A stretch of DNA of 64,000 bases from positions 192,387-256,386 of the forward strand of contig JBFIJM010000001.1 of NCBI GenBank assembly GCA_041600715.1, read 5' to 3'. The notes below the pieces were generated by a model. It searched no databases, was not told the DNA's origin, and saw only the letters and a program-made list of their open reading frames with translations. Both the position numbers and the translations under genes were made by a program. Source of the DNA: Candidatus Saccharimonadales bacterium (GTDB lineage: Bacteria; Patescibacteriota; Saccharimonadia; Saccharimonadales; 2-12-FULL-41-12). Positions 45,799 to 55,526 of the stretch are shown piece by piece; position 1 is the stretch's first letter; every line of letters starts with the position of its first letter.

Positions 45799-45829
45799 AA
45801 AAAAACCTACCATAAAGGTAGACTTTTCG
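45799..45829. terminator. terminator-like hairpin in the secE / GT2 divergent intergenic region
   Basis: A7, CTACC (45807-45811), loop, GGTAG (45817-45821), then ACTTTTCG. On the minus strand the hairpin is followed by T7, about 30 nt upstream of the secE GTG. Confidence 0.35.
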
Positions 45830-45904
45830 CTTCTGTAGTCAAGACTACTTCATTTGGCAACTCTAGTCAATACTTGTTATAGTCATAAGAATTAATGAGG
45901 GCGT

Positions 45905-47413
45905 ATGTCAGAGGCACATTTATCCGTTTTTGACCCATACTGGTGGGCACTATTAACTTCAATCATATCTATATCTTTGAGTTTAATCATGCATACATCA
46001 ATTCTGTGGAAGTATAGAGTATTTACATCTGTGGTTAATACTATTTTCATAGGGGCATCAACAGGACTAATGTTAGTTAGTTTTAATCCTTTGTTCGCTG
46101 TGATTGCTACTATAGTTCAGACTTTCAGATTGATCACTGAACTAAGAATTGCTAAGAATCGTCACCAGGAAAAGTCTTTGTTTTCTAAATCCATAAGAAG
46201 TGAAGTCTGGTTGGGAGCCTGGTTAATAGGTGTAATACTGATAGAAAGAATTTTCAACGAAATTACCCCTACTATTGCGCTGATCTTGGTTCTTATTCAG
46301 CTTATTGTTGTGTCTGTTCTCTATAGACACACACTAGCTATGCGCAGATCTACGCACTTAGATTTACCAAAGAAATTTAGCGCGGAAACTGATTTGCCAA
46401 GCCTGACTATTGCGATCCCTGCGCGGAATCAAACATTCGATTTAATAGAATGCCTTCATTCAGTCCTAAGATCAACCTACCCAAAATTAGAGATATTAGT
46501 ACTAGATGATTGTTCGCAAGATAAAACATCAGACATTATACGCAAATACGCACACAGAGGTGTTAGATTCCTGGAAGGAACTCCTCCAACCAAAAGCTGG
46601 ATAGCAAAGAATCACGCCTACGACCAATTACTGGACAACGCTAGCGGTGAACTTATCTTATTTTGTGGAACCGATGTGAGGTTTGAACCACAATCTTTCA
46701 GACTCTTGATAGAAACCTTTATTTCTAACCAATATTCAATGATGAGTGTATTGCCGACACGACTGGTCAGTTATGATAGACATTTCTTGTTGCAACCAAT
46801 GAGGTATTATCGTGAGTTAGTTTTACCAACAAAGGACCCTCCCGCAATAAGCTCATGCTGGATTGCTAAACGTAAGATGCTCCTTAAGCACGGAGGGTTT
46901 GAAGCGTTAAGAAAGTCTATCAGACCAGAGCGTATCATTGCCAGAGGTGTTAACTCACAAGGTAATTACTCGTTTGTTAGCGCAAGTTCTGGGCTAGGGA
47001 TTAAAAGCCAGAAAGACCTAAGAGCACAATGGATGACAGCTGTCAGGACAAGATACCCAGAGCTTAAGAACAGACCTGAATCAGTACTTTTTAGTTTGAT
47101 ATGGCAACTTTTTATCTTGAGCGGGCCGTTTATTAGCTTATTATATGGTTTAAGAACTGCTGAGATCTTAATTATTTTCCTTAGCGTAATAAGTATAATG
47201 TACCTTTTCGCAGTTCATCTTCTAGTGAGCTGGATTGCTACTGGCAAGCCAAGGCTCCACACTCTGCTACTCTATCCCTTAAGTATAATCCTTGAGATTT
47301 CTGTAACAGTATACTCAATGATCGCTTACGAGTTTATGGACGTTATATGGAGGGGCAGAAATGTATGCCTGCCAGTTATCCAATCAAATTTACGCTTGCC
47401 AAGACTGCCATAA
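45905..47413 (+). CDS. membrane-embedded glycosyltransferase family 2
   Basis: 502 aa. N-terminal TMs, the GT-A core LTIAIPARNQ...LEILVLDDCSQDKT...GTDV, and C-terminal TMs. Confidence 0.7.
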   Translation: MSEAHLSVFDPYWWALLTSIISISLSLIMHTSILWKYRVFTSVVNTIFIGASTGLMLVSFNPLFAVIATIVQTFRLITELRIAKNRHQEKSLFSKSIRSEVWLGAWLIGVILIERIFNEITPTIALILVLIQLIVVSVLYRHTLAMRRSTHLDLPKKFSAETDLPSLTIAIPARNQTFDLIECLHSVLRSTYPKLEILVLDDCSQDKTSDIIRKYAHRGVRFLEGTPPTKSWIAKNHAYDQLLDNASGELILFCGTDVRFEPQSFRLLIETFISNQYSMMSVLPTRLVSYDRHFLLQPMRYYRELVLPTKDPPAISSCWIAKRKMLLKHGGFEALRKSIRPERIIARGVNSQGNYSFVSASSGLGIKSQKDLRAQWMTAVRTRYPELKNRPESVLFSLIWQLFILSGPFISLLYGLRTAEILIIFLSVISIMYLFAVHLLVSWIATGKPRLHTLLLYPLSIILEISVTVYSMIAYEFMDVIWRGRNVCLPVIQSNLRLPRLP

Positions 47414-47433
47414 CATAGAACAATAAGCCTATT

Positions 47434-47709
47434 ATGAAATTCATTGACATACTGCCTGACGAAATTGAACGTCACGAATCATTAGCCCATCACCATAACA
47501 GTATCGGAATAGGTATCGGCATAGCGACAGTTGCTTCCTTTACACTCAGCGGATTATTGCTAGAAAAGAATGAAAATCATTTACTCAGTACGGCACTTTT
47601 AATTTTTAGTGCTGTCGGAGCAGTTGCAACGGCACGCAGTCTTATTACATCATCTGACCACAGCCGAAACGTGTATCGCCTAAAGCATGTGCTTAATAAT
47701 TGCTCCTAG
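47434..47709 (+). CDS. small hypothetical membrane protein (91 aa)
   Basis: Two hydrophobic segments. Follows the GT2 gene by 20 nt. Confidence 0.45.
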   Translation: MKFIDILPDEIERHESLAHHHNSIGIGIGIATVASFTLSGLLLEKNENHLLSTALLIFSAVGAVATARSLITSSDHSRNVYRLKHVLNNCS

Positions 47710-47758
47710 CGTTTCAAGCATTTCTGATTATTGAGCTGACATATTCCTAATAAAATCT

Positions 47759-48907
47759 TCACAAAGACAAATTGGGTATATAAATACTAAAAACTGAGCC
47801 TTTATTTATTTCACTGTCTAGCGTGATCTCAGCATGGATTAATCGAGCGAGCTTCATTGTCACATAAAGTCCTAAACCTGTCCCATTATTGGCACGAGTT
47901 CTGAAATCTTCTGATCTAAAGAATTTATCAAAGATTTTTTCCTGATCAGATTTACTAATTCCTATGCCAGTGTCACTTACCTCGAATAGCACACCACCTT
48001 TTTTATAATGTGCGCCAATAGTTATACTGCCTTTTTCTGTGTATTTTATTGAGTTAGTAATAAAGTTTTGGAGCACCTCACGTACATATAATTTTGAGGA
48101 GTGAAGAATCTCAAGTTTTGGATCTAGGTCTGTCTTGATAGTTAGATCTTTTTTTTCTGCATCAGGTTCATAAGTTTTTGTTAGCTCATGCACTAGGTCA
48201 TGAGCGTTAATAGGTTCAGGAGCCACTTCTAGCACCCCCCGTTCTGCTCTTGACAAGGTAGATAGATCATTAATCATTCCAGCTAAAAAAACTACTTGCT
48301 CATGGGCAATCTCGAGCGCGCCTTTAATTTGTTTTATGTCCCCTGTTTTCTCTGCTATGAACTGAGCATTTCCAATGTTCCCTTCGGCTATTGCAATTGG
48401 AGTTCTGAGTTCATGGCTGACTACACTTATAAATTCATCTCTTTCCTCTTCTAGCGATTTTTCACGAGTAATATCGCGCATTAGGATTACAAAGCCCTTA
48501 GTGCCCTTTTTACCGAAACCAAGCCTCACAGGAGCAATACTTATGTACAGGTTGCTGGTGCTTCCATCTGGATATTTTATTTTGTAATCACGGGTTGTTG
48601 TTTGGTGCTGGGTTGATGTGATTTCATGATTAATATCAACATCTTGGTTATTGGCATCAACGATTTTACATACTGACTTAAAGCCTTTACCTTCCAGACT
48701 AGTGTTTACATCAAGCACGTTAAGAGCCGCACCATTATATAACATTATTTTTGCATGCTCATCGGTTGCGATCACTCCATCAGCCATACTGTTGATAAGA
48801 CTAATTAATCTTTCACGTTCTAACTCTGCCGAAGCAGGAGAATTAGCTTTCTGCTCAGTAATTAGTGTCATTAATGGGTTCGAATCTGCTTTATCTGATT
48901 TTTTCAT
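47759..48907 (-). CDS. soluble PAS-domain sensor histidine kinase
   Basis: PAS-like LINSMADGVIATDE..., H-box SHELRTPI, N box (QNFITNSIKYT) and G boxes (DTGIGI, GTGLGL). No TM segment. Start set at the ATG after GGAGAG rather than the track GTG at 48910. Confidence 0.85.
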   Translation of the reverse strand: MKKSDKADSNPLMTLITEQKANSPASAELERERLISLINSMADGVIATDEHAKIMLYNGAALNVLDVNTSLEGKGFKSVCKIVDANNQDVDINHEITSTQHQTTTRDYKIKYPDGSTSNLYISIAPVRLGFGKKGTKGFVILMRDITREKSLEEERDEFISVVSHELRTPIAIAEGNIGNAQFIAEKTGDIKQIKGALEIAHEQVVFLAGMINDLSTLSRAERGVLEVAPEPINAHDLVHELTKTYEPDAEKKDLTIKTDLDPKLEILHSSKLYVREVLQNFITNSIKYTEKGSITIGAHYKKGGVLFEVSDTGIGISKSDQEKIFDKFFRSEDFRTRANNGTGLGLYVTMKLARLIHAEITLDSEINKGSVFSIYIPNLSL

Positions 48908-48916
48908 CACTCTCCA

Positions 48917-49633
48917 TTATGCCATAAGCGTGTTGTGCTCGTAGATTTTTGGATCTGCAGACTTTAGTCGACTTCTTAATTTTTTATAATCAGTGCAGTA
49001 AATTGCTAGATGAGACCAGAACTCTGCACTGTGATTCATATATTTCGTATGAGCGAGTTCATGAAGTATTACATAATCAATAAGCTCCTCTGGTAACTGA
49101 ACTAAATAGACATTTAAAGTAATATTCTGTTTACTGTCGCAACTTCCCCATCTACTGGTTAGTCGTTTTGCAAAAGCTTGCTCAAACGAATGACCAGTTA
49201 ATTTTGCTAAATATTCGAGTCTTGGCAATAGTTCAAGCTCTGCCTTTTCTAGCATAATCTTAACAATTTTCTTCTCAATGTATGCAATCTGCTCAGGTCT
49301 GTTCTCGAATTTTGTGCTACTAAAAGACACAATCAAGTATTTATCTACTATTTTAGAACTGTTTCTTGGCGCTCCGTTCTTAATGGATAATATAAGTCCA
49401 ATTTGTAAAGCCATGCCGTCATAATATGACGTTTGCATACCTGTGCCGTGGTGAATCATCCATTCACGGCGTTCATTCACAAATTTTTCGATTGAGGAAC
49501 GAGGGACAAACCATGGAGCAGATACCTTATATTCGCCACGGGGCGAAATCTTTAACCTTACTGATTTCATCCCATGTTTTTTAGTTACCGATACTGTTCC
49601 AACATCTTTTACTTGTATTTCGTAGGTCGACAT
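48917..49633 (-). CDS. YgjP-like (DUF45) zinc metallopeptidase-fold protein
   Basis: 238 aa. C-terminal HELAHTKYMNHSAEFW matches the DUF45 HExxH...NHsxxFW signature. Its ATG abuts the upstream stop (TAGATG). Confidence 0.75.
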   Translation of the reverse strand: MSTYEIQVKDVGTVSVTKKHGMKSVRLKISPRGEYKVSAPWFVPRSSIEKFVNERREWMIHHGTGMQTSYYDGMALQIGLILSIKNGAPRNSSKIVDKYLIVSFSSTKFENRPEQIAYIEKKIVKIMLEKAELELLPRLEYLAKLTGHSFEQAFAKRLTSRWGSCDSKQNITLNVYLVQLPEELIDYVILHELAHTKYMNHSAEFWSHLAIYCTDYKKLRSRLKSADPKIYEHNTLMA

Positions 49634-50299
49634 CTACCGGATGGATATATTCCGCCGAATAATATCACCTCGTGTTTGTACCATAGGTTTTGGAACATGA
49701 TTCATAAGTTCTGGCTTGATGACCTTATTGCTAGCTGTTTCAGGAGTTACAATGCCCAGATCATACAATTTCTTCATGACAGTAGATCTTTGTGAAGAGA
49801 ACGTATGCTTACCGCTAACGACAATGTAATCTTCTGTATACCCAGGATTTTGCATGTACGCCAATATCTCTCTATAAGTTGACTCGTCGTACTCAAATGC
49901 GTACTTATCATCTGCTTTACGCTTATCTCTTTTCTGGGTTCTTGCAAAGGTAGTTTCTGGATCTACTTGAAGCCAGACAAGAACAGGTGATGCCTTACAT
50001 TCTAGAGCCAGTTCTTTTACTGCCCTTCTGTCAGCGCTACGAAGTACGCTTGCATCATAGATAATAGGGAGCCCCGCCCGTAGGTATTCTCTAGCCATGT
50101 AGTTCATAATTTTTCGTGAACCTTTATTTGCGCCTTGTGATGTCTGTGCTCCGAATAATTCATGCCTAATTTTATCTTCTTGGAGATGAATAATACCTAA
50201 TTCTTCGGATAACTGACGCGCAAACGAAGTTTTACCTGCTCCAGGAAATCCGTACATTGTTACGACAAATGGTCTAGTAGAAGTGAAAGTAGTGCTCAT
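49634..50299 (-). CDS. P-loop kinase-like ATPase (AAA_33 / zeta-toxin-like clan)
   Basis: 221 aa. Walker A GFPGAGKTSFA followed by IIHLQEDKIRHELFG, an Asp/Arg pattern seen in small-molecule and nucleotide kinases of this clan. Confidence 0.65.
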   Translation of the reverse strand: MSTTFTSTRPFVVTMYGFPGAGKTSFARQLSEELGIIHLQEDKIRHELFGAQTSQGANKGSRKIMNYMAREYLRAGLPIIYDASVLRSADRRAVKELALECKASPVLVWLQVDPETTFARTQKRDKRKADDKYAFEYDESTYREILAYMQNPGYTEDYIVVSGKHTFSSQRSTVMKKLYDLGIVTPETASNKVIKPELMNHVPKPMVQTRGDIIRRNISIR

Positions 50300-50391
50300 A
50301 ACTTACTCTATTGTATACCAGATTAGTCGATAAGAATAAAGGAGTCTACTTCGTAATGACCCAGAAATCTGCTACAATACTTCGGTATTAA

Positions 50392-50467
50392 AGGGGTGTA
50401 GTGTTAGTGGCTAGCACGGAGGTCTCCAAAACCTCAAGGTCGGGTTCAAATCCTGGCACCCCTGCCA
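50392..50467 (+). tRNA. tRNA-Trp (anticodon CCA), CCA encoded
   Basis: Manual cloverleaf: acceptor AGGGGTG/CACCCCT, anticodon arm GAGGT-CTCCAAA-ACCTC, T loop TTCAAAT, 3' GCCA. Confidence 0.9.
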
Positions 50468-50491
50468 TTAGCTATTATTCAACATAGTAAG

Positions 50492-50507
50492 TGTGATAAG
50501 TAGCACA
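50492..50507. promoter_or_regulatory. 9/10 match to the TGTGA-N6-TCACA palindrome (TGTGATAAGTAGCACA)
   Basis: Lies between tRNA-Trp and the 175-aa gene. It shares the TGTGATA core with the sites at 963 and 8263. The -10-like CATAGT (50483-50488) lies just upstream. Confidence 0.3.
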
Positions 50508-50561
50508 CTTGTTCTCCGTTAACTACTGTATAGTTAACAGTACCATCGGAGGTAACAAGCG

Positions 50562-51089
50562 ATGCATACGAATCTAGCTGGGTATCAAAGTCCCCTTCAA
50601 AGAAATAGAAATCATATACCTCCTCAACCTTCACGACCTAGGACCATACATCAAGCTTCTAATAATGACGATCAAAACCAAAAGTTAGACCGACTAATGC
50701 GAAATGCTCATGAAGTGCTGGCGAAAGCAGATACAGTTTTCCCGTTCACTCTGTTTAGAGATACAATAATTGTTGACAGAGCAAAAGTCACCATCATCAA
50801 AAGAAACTTCTTTATGATGGCAGAGACCTTCAGTATTCGTATTGAAGATATACTCAACGTCGGCACAACTGTTGGCCCCTTTTTGGGTTCGATCGAGATT
50901 ATAACTAGGGTGTTCAACGCTGATAAGCCACATGTTGTTAATTTCCTGCAGAGAAATGATGCAATCAAGATCAAACATCTTATACATGGTTACGTTATTG
51001 CTACACACAATAATATTGACTGCAATTCACTGGATAAAGAACAGCTTATAGTCACTTTATCCAAATTAGGACATGAAGAAAACAAGTAA
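50562..51089 (+). CDS. hypothetical protein (175 aa)
   Basis: RBS GGAGGT lies 8 nt upstream. The C-terminal two thirds are beta-rich. No motif confidently recognised. Confidence 0.5.
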   Translation: MHTNLAGYQSPLQRNRNHIPPQPSRPRTIHQASNNDDQNQKLDRLMRNAHEVLAKADTVFPFTLFRDTIIVDRAKVTIIKRNFFMMAETFSIRIEDILNVGTTVGPFLGSIEIITRVFNADKPHVVNFLQRNDAIKIKHLIHGYVIATHNNIDCNSLDKEQLIVTLSKLGHEENK

Positions 51090-51179
51090 AAGTTAGTAAA
51101 GTAGGTTGAGCTTTAATCTGTTAACGCTTATACTTAATTAAAGAATAAATTAAGTAAAACAAACGGGGTCAAGAGAACG

Positions 51180-52373
51180 GTGAAAGTTCTTATGCTAGGG
51201 TGGGAACTACCTCCACATAACAGTGGTGGACTAGGTGTCGCTTGCTATCAGTTATGTAAGACACTAGCTAGGAAAGGTGTCGAAATTAAGTTTGTAGTAC
51301 CGTACACCGCCGAGCACAACCTTGATTTTATGGATGTTATATCTGCAAAAATTGCGAATGTATCAGCTATAAATGGAGTTTATGATTCATCTGAGTTTAT
51401 TGACAATAAAGATCTGTCGGGTAATGTTTTCGAGATCCAGGACCGTTACGTGCATGCTATAGAAAATATAGTAAATGAATCCGATTTTCATGTCATTCAT
51501 GCTCACGATTGGCTTACTTTCAGAGCTGCACTGCGGGCTAGAGAGATAAGTGGTAAACCTTTAATCCTTCATATTCATTCCATCGAAAGCGATCGTGCAG
51601 GTGATAAAAAAGGTAACCCATTGGTCCATGAGATTGAACAAATGGGATTATTACTTGCCGACAGAATAGTTGCTGTAAGTGAATTGACCAAACAAAAGAT
51701 TGTGGACGAATACAATATCCCAGCATCCAAAATAGTCGTTGCACACAACAGTATTGATATTGATGATATGCATGATCTTGATCCACACAATAGTTACACA
51801 TATTTAGAAGAGCGTAAGTCACATGGCTATAAAATAGTTGTAAACATTGGCAGACTCACAATACAAAAGGGGCTTACTAATCTACTCGTTGCAGCTCGTT
51901 CTGTTATTGACGTTCAGCCCAAAACAATATTTCTGATTGTTGGTTCTGGAGATCAATATTACGAACTCATAGAGCTCTCAGCCAAGCTTGGGATATCACA
52001 AAATGTTATGTTTACAGGATTCCAAAGAGGTAAGCAATGGCGGGACGCTTTTGGTGTAGCAGATTTGTTTGTTATGCCATCTGTTTCTGAGCCATTTGGC
52101 TTAACACCCTTAGAGGCTATTGTTTACGATACCCCGTCGTTAATCAGTAAACAGTCAGGAGTATCTGAAGTATTAAATAATTGTTTAAAGACCGATTTTT
52201 GGGACACAGACAAAATGGCTAACGATATTGTGGCCACGCTCAGGTATGATTCACTGCGAGAAACGCTCCGCGACAACGCTCGAGATGAGTTAAAGAAATT
52301 AAACTGGGATAATACTGCCCGTAAACTAATGAATACTTATAACGAGCACCATAAGCTAGAGGTTGTATCATGA
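51180..52373 (+). CDS. glycogen synthase-like glycosyltransferase (GT-B)
   Basis: 397 aa. N-terminal GWELPPHNSGGLGVA motif and a C-terminal PSVSEPFGLTPLEA (EX7E-type). First gene of the GT-GH57-GH15 operon. Confidence 0.7.
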   Translation: MKVLMLGWELPPHNSGGLGVACYQLCKTLARKGVEIKFVVPYTAEHNLDFMDVISAKIANVSAINGVYDSSEFIDNKDLSGNVFEIQDRYVHAIENIVNESDFHVIHAHDWLTFRAALRAREISGKPLILHIHSIESDRAGDKKGNPLVHEIEQMGLLLADRIVAVSELTKQKIVDEYNIPASKIVVAHNSIDIDDMHDLDPHNSYTYLEERKSHGYKIVVNIGRLTIQKGLTNLLVAARSVIDVQPKTIFLIVGSGDQYYELIELSAKLGISQNVMFTGFQRGKQWRDAFGVADLFVMPSVSEPFGLTPLEAIVYDTPSLISKQSGVSEVLNNCLKTDFWDTDKMANDIVATLRYDSLRETLRDNARDELKKLNWDNTARKLMNTYNEHHKLEVVS

Positions 52374-53572
52374 ACGATAAGTCGATTGTTCTATACATGC
52401 ACGTCCACCAGCCTTTTCGCGTAAAACAATATAGTATTTTTGATATAGGGAATGATTCTGCATACTTTGATGCACCCTATCACGATCGAACTAGCAACGA
52501 ACGAATCATGCATAAAGTTGCCGAGAAATCCTACATACCTACAAACCAACGTTTACTCGCTCTTCTAGAAAGGTTCCCTGATTTTAGACTAAGTCTTTCA
52601 ATAACAGGCACAGCCATAGAACAAATGCAATTGTACGCTCCTCACGCTCTTGAGTCATTTCAGGCATTAACTAGGACTGGACGGGTTGAGATTGTTGGCG
52701 AAACCTATCACCATAGCTTAGCCTTTTTTTATGACAGGCATGAATTTGAATTACAAGTTCTCAGACACAAGCGTCTTGTTGAAGAATTATTCAATCAAAC
52801 CCCTACTGCTTTCAGAAATACAGAGCTTGCCTACAATAACGATCTTGCATGGTGGGCTGACAAAGCAGGCTATAAGGTTATATTAGCCGAAGGCTGGGAT
52901 CCAGTCCTTGACTGGAGAAGTCCAAATTTTGTTTATCAGCCAACCTACACTGAAGGAAACCTCAAGCTTCTCATGAAGAATTATAAATTAAGTGATGACA
53001 TCGCCTTCAGGTTTGGTAACCAGTCTTGGCCTGAATGGCCTCTTACCGCAGACAAATTTACCCACTGGCTAAGGGAATCTGGTGAAGCAACTAACTTTAA
53101 TCTATTTATGGATTATGAGACATTCGGAGAACATCAATGGCATGAGTCTGGTATTTTTGATTTTCTCGATCATTTACCAGAAAAATGGTTAACACAGAAC
53201 AATCATACATTTAAGACAGTTACGCAGGTTGCTAACGACCATGATGCAGTTGACCGCGTCGATATGCCGAATATTGTTACCTGGGCAGATACAGAACGGG
53301 ATCTTTCTGCTTGGACAGGAAATGCAATGCAAAACGAAGCACTTTCTGCGCTATACAGTTTAAAAGATAGTATTTTAAACTCAAATGACCAAAGGCTTAT
53401 TGAAGACTGGCGTCGACTACAAACATCAGATCATGTTTATTATATGTGCACTAAATGGTTTAACGATGGTGATATTCACGCATATTTTAGTCCCTACGAG
53501 AATCCGTATGACGCATTCATTGCATTTATGAACTCTTGGCACGATGTAAGAAGAAGATGTGAGACGCAGTAA
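52370..53572 (+). CDS. glycoside hydrolase family 57 (alpha-glucan acting)
   Basis: 400 aa. HVHQPFR, GRVEIVGETYHHS, and DYETFGEHQW resemble the GH57 conserved regions. 4-nt overlap with the upstream gene. Confidence 0.75.
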   Translation: MNDKSIVLYMHVHQPFRVKQYSIFDIGNDSAYFDAPYHDRTSNERIMHKVAEKSYIPTNQRLLALLERFPDFRLSLSITGTAIEQMQLYAPHALESFQALTRTGRVEIVGETYHHSLAFFYDRHEFELQVLRHKRLVEELFNQTPTAFRNTELAYNNDLAWWADKAGYKVILAEGWDPVLDWRSPNFVYQPTYTEGNLKLLMKNYKLSDDIAFRFGNQSWPEWPLTADKFTHWLRESGEATNFNLFMDYETFGEHQWHESGIFDFLDHLPEKWLTQNNHTFKTVTQVANDHDAVDRVDMPNIVTWADTERDLSAWTGNAMQNEALSALYSLKDSILNSNDQRLIEDWRRLQTSDHVYYMCTKWFNDGDIHAYFSPYENPYDAFIAFMNSWHDVRRRCETQ

Positions 53573-55524
53573 TGGCAAGAGCAGTTATACTCGGTAATGG
53601 ACGACTGACAGCAGGACTTAATGAAACTGGACACATACACGATTTCTACTACCCTTATGTTGGGCTTGATAATTTAACCACATCTCGTAGTATTCATCAC
53701 CGAATAGGGCTCTGGGTAGATGGAATTTTTTCCTGGACAGACGAAGACCATTGGACAGCGACTGTTAATTTTTCCGACAAAGCACTTATAGGTGAGGTCA
53801 TTCTTAGCTCACAAAAACTAGGTATTGAACTTCGCACCCAAGATTTTATAGATTATGAATATGATGCTTTATGTAGAATTATCCAAGTCATAAATACTAC
53901 AGATATTACGAAACAGGTCAGACTTTTCATGCACCAAGTATTCGAGATATCTCGTGGCGGACGCGCAGATACTGCGCTTTATGTACCCGACGGAAATTAC
54001 ATTCTAGATTATAAAGGACGGTGTTGCTTACTAATTTCTGGCTCTGATCAATACGACCAATCATTTGATCAATTTGCTGTTGGCAACTATGGTATTGAGG
54101 GAAAGCTCGGCACATACAAAGATGCAGAAGACGGCGAACTATCCGGACATGCGGTTGAACATGGCGGAGTGGATTCGGTAATACGTTTTTCCATAAACTT
54201 ACAACCGAAAGAAACTAAATCAATCGACTATTGGATCGTGGCATCCGATACACAGTATAAATGTGAAGATATTCATGCAGTACTAAAAAATGGCCTTGAT
54301 AAAAGACTAGCTTCAAATCAAATGTACTGGAACAGTTGGTTTTCTATTTCTGAAGAAAGGTTGAGTAAGATTGACCCCAAAAAACGAGGTTTAGCCAGAA
54401 AATCCCTCATGGTTATTAAGGCTCATACAGACGCAAGAGGCGGAATTATCGCTTCCTGTGACTCTTCTATCTACAATTTTGGCAGAGATTACTATAGTTA
54501 CGTATGGCCAAGAGACGGGGCATACGCAATGTGGCCACTAATAAGACTAGGATATAAAGAAGAGCCAAAAGCATTTTTTAAGTTTTGCGCTGATATTATT
54601 AACCCGGAAGGGTATTTAATGCATAAATATCAGCCCGACAGAGCCATCGGCAGTACCTGGCACCCACTTGTACACGGAAAAAGGCGTGAGCTAGCTATTC
54701 AAGAAGACGAAACAGCTAGTGTACTGATTATGCTCGGAGAGTACCTTGAGTACTCAAAAGATGAAATATTTGTAAAGGAGATGTACGAGCGTTTTGTCGT
54801 AAAGGCATCGAACTTTATGTCAGGCTTTATCGATGATGCTACCGGACTACCGCATGCAAGCTATGATCTATGGGAAGAAAAGTTCATTACTAGTACATAC
54901 ACGACTGCCACTGTTTATAGAGCTCTACTGGTTGCGAGCGACATGGCAGAGCAATTTGGTGATTCTCGTTCGAAAGATATGTGGACAGCAAGTGCTTCTA
55001 GCTTATTAGAAAAGTATGAAGTTTTTGTTAATCCAGACCGCGCTGGGTACAGAAAAGGATTCTACCTAAATGAAGCTGGCGAGCTGGACTTTGATAACAC
55101 ACTAGATGTTTCTAGCTTCTATGGAGTTATGACGTTTGGATACTTCCCTGCTGGCTCACAGGATCTAGAATCTGGAGCACGTGAAATCGTCAATACTCTC
55201 TTAGACAAGAATAACTCAGGCGGGTCTCCTAGGTATGAAAATGATAACTATTTTCGTGTATCTGATGAATTTTTAGGGAATCCGTGGATAATCACCACTC
55301 TTTGGATGGCACAGTACTATGTAAGAGCGGGTAATGCCCACGAGGCTGACAGACTTGTGACTTGGGCAGAGTCTAAAACGTTGCCAAGCGGTGTGATGTC
55401 AGAGCAAATAAATCCAGAAACTGGTGATTTAATTTCTGTAACACCTTTGGTTTGGAGCCATGCAGAGTACATTAATACTGTACTTGACCTTGCGCAACTA
55501 CACTACAAGCAGTCGAAAACTTAA
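53572..55524 (+). CDS. glycoside hydrolase family 15 (glucoamylase/glucodextranase-like)
   Basis: 650 aa. An N-terminal beta-sandwich plus an (alpha/alpha)6 domain with YSYVWPRDGAY, DLWEE, and PLVWSHAEY. Confidence 0.8.
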   Translation: MARAVILGNGRLTAGLNETGHIHDFYYPYVGLDNLTTSRSIHHRIGLWVDGIFSWTDEDHWTATVNFSDKALIGEVILSSQKLGIELRTQDFIDYEYDALCRIIQVINTTDITKQVRLFMHQVFEISRGGRADTALYVPDGNYILDYKGRCCLLISGSDQYDQSFDQFAVGNYGIEGKLGTYKDAEDGELSGHAVEHGGVDSVIRFSINLQPKETKSIDYWIVASDTQYKCEDIHAVLKNGLDKRLASNQMYWNSWFSISEERLSKIDPKKRGLARKSLMVIKAHTDARGGIIASCDSSIYNFGRDYYSYVWPRDGAYAMWPLIRLGYKEEPKAFFKFCADIINPEGYLMHKYQPDRAIGSTWHPLVHGKRRELAIQEDETASVLIMLGEYLEYSKDEIFVKEMYERFVVKASNFMSGFIDDATGLPHASYDLWEEKFITSTYTTATVYRALLVASDMAEQFGDSRSKDMWTASASSLLEKYEVFVNPDRAGYRKGFYLNEAGELDFDNTLDVSSFYGVMTFGYFPAGSQDLESGAREIVNTLLDKNNSGGSPRYENDNYFRVSDEFLGNPWIITTLWMAQYYVRAGNAHEADRLVTWAESKTLPSGVMSEQINPETGDLISVTPLVWSHAEYINTVLDLAQLHYKQSKT

Positions 55525-55526
55525 GT

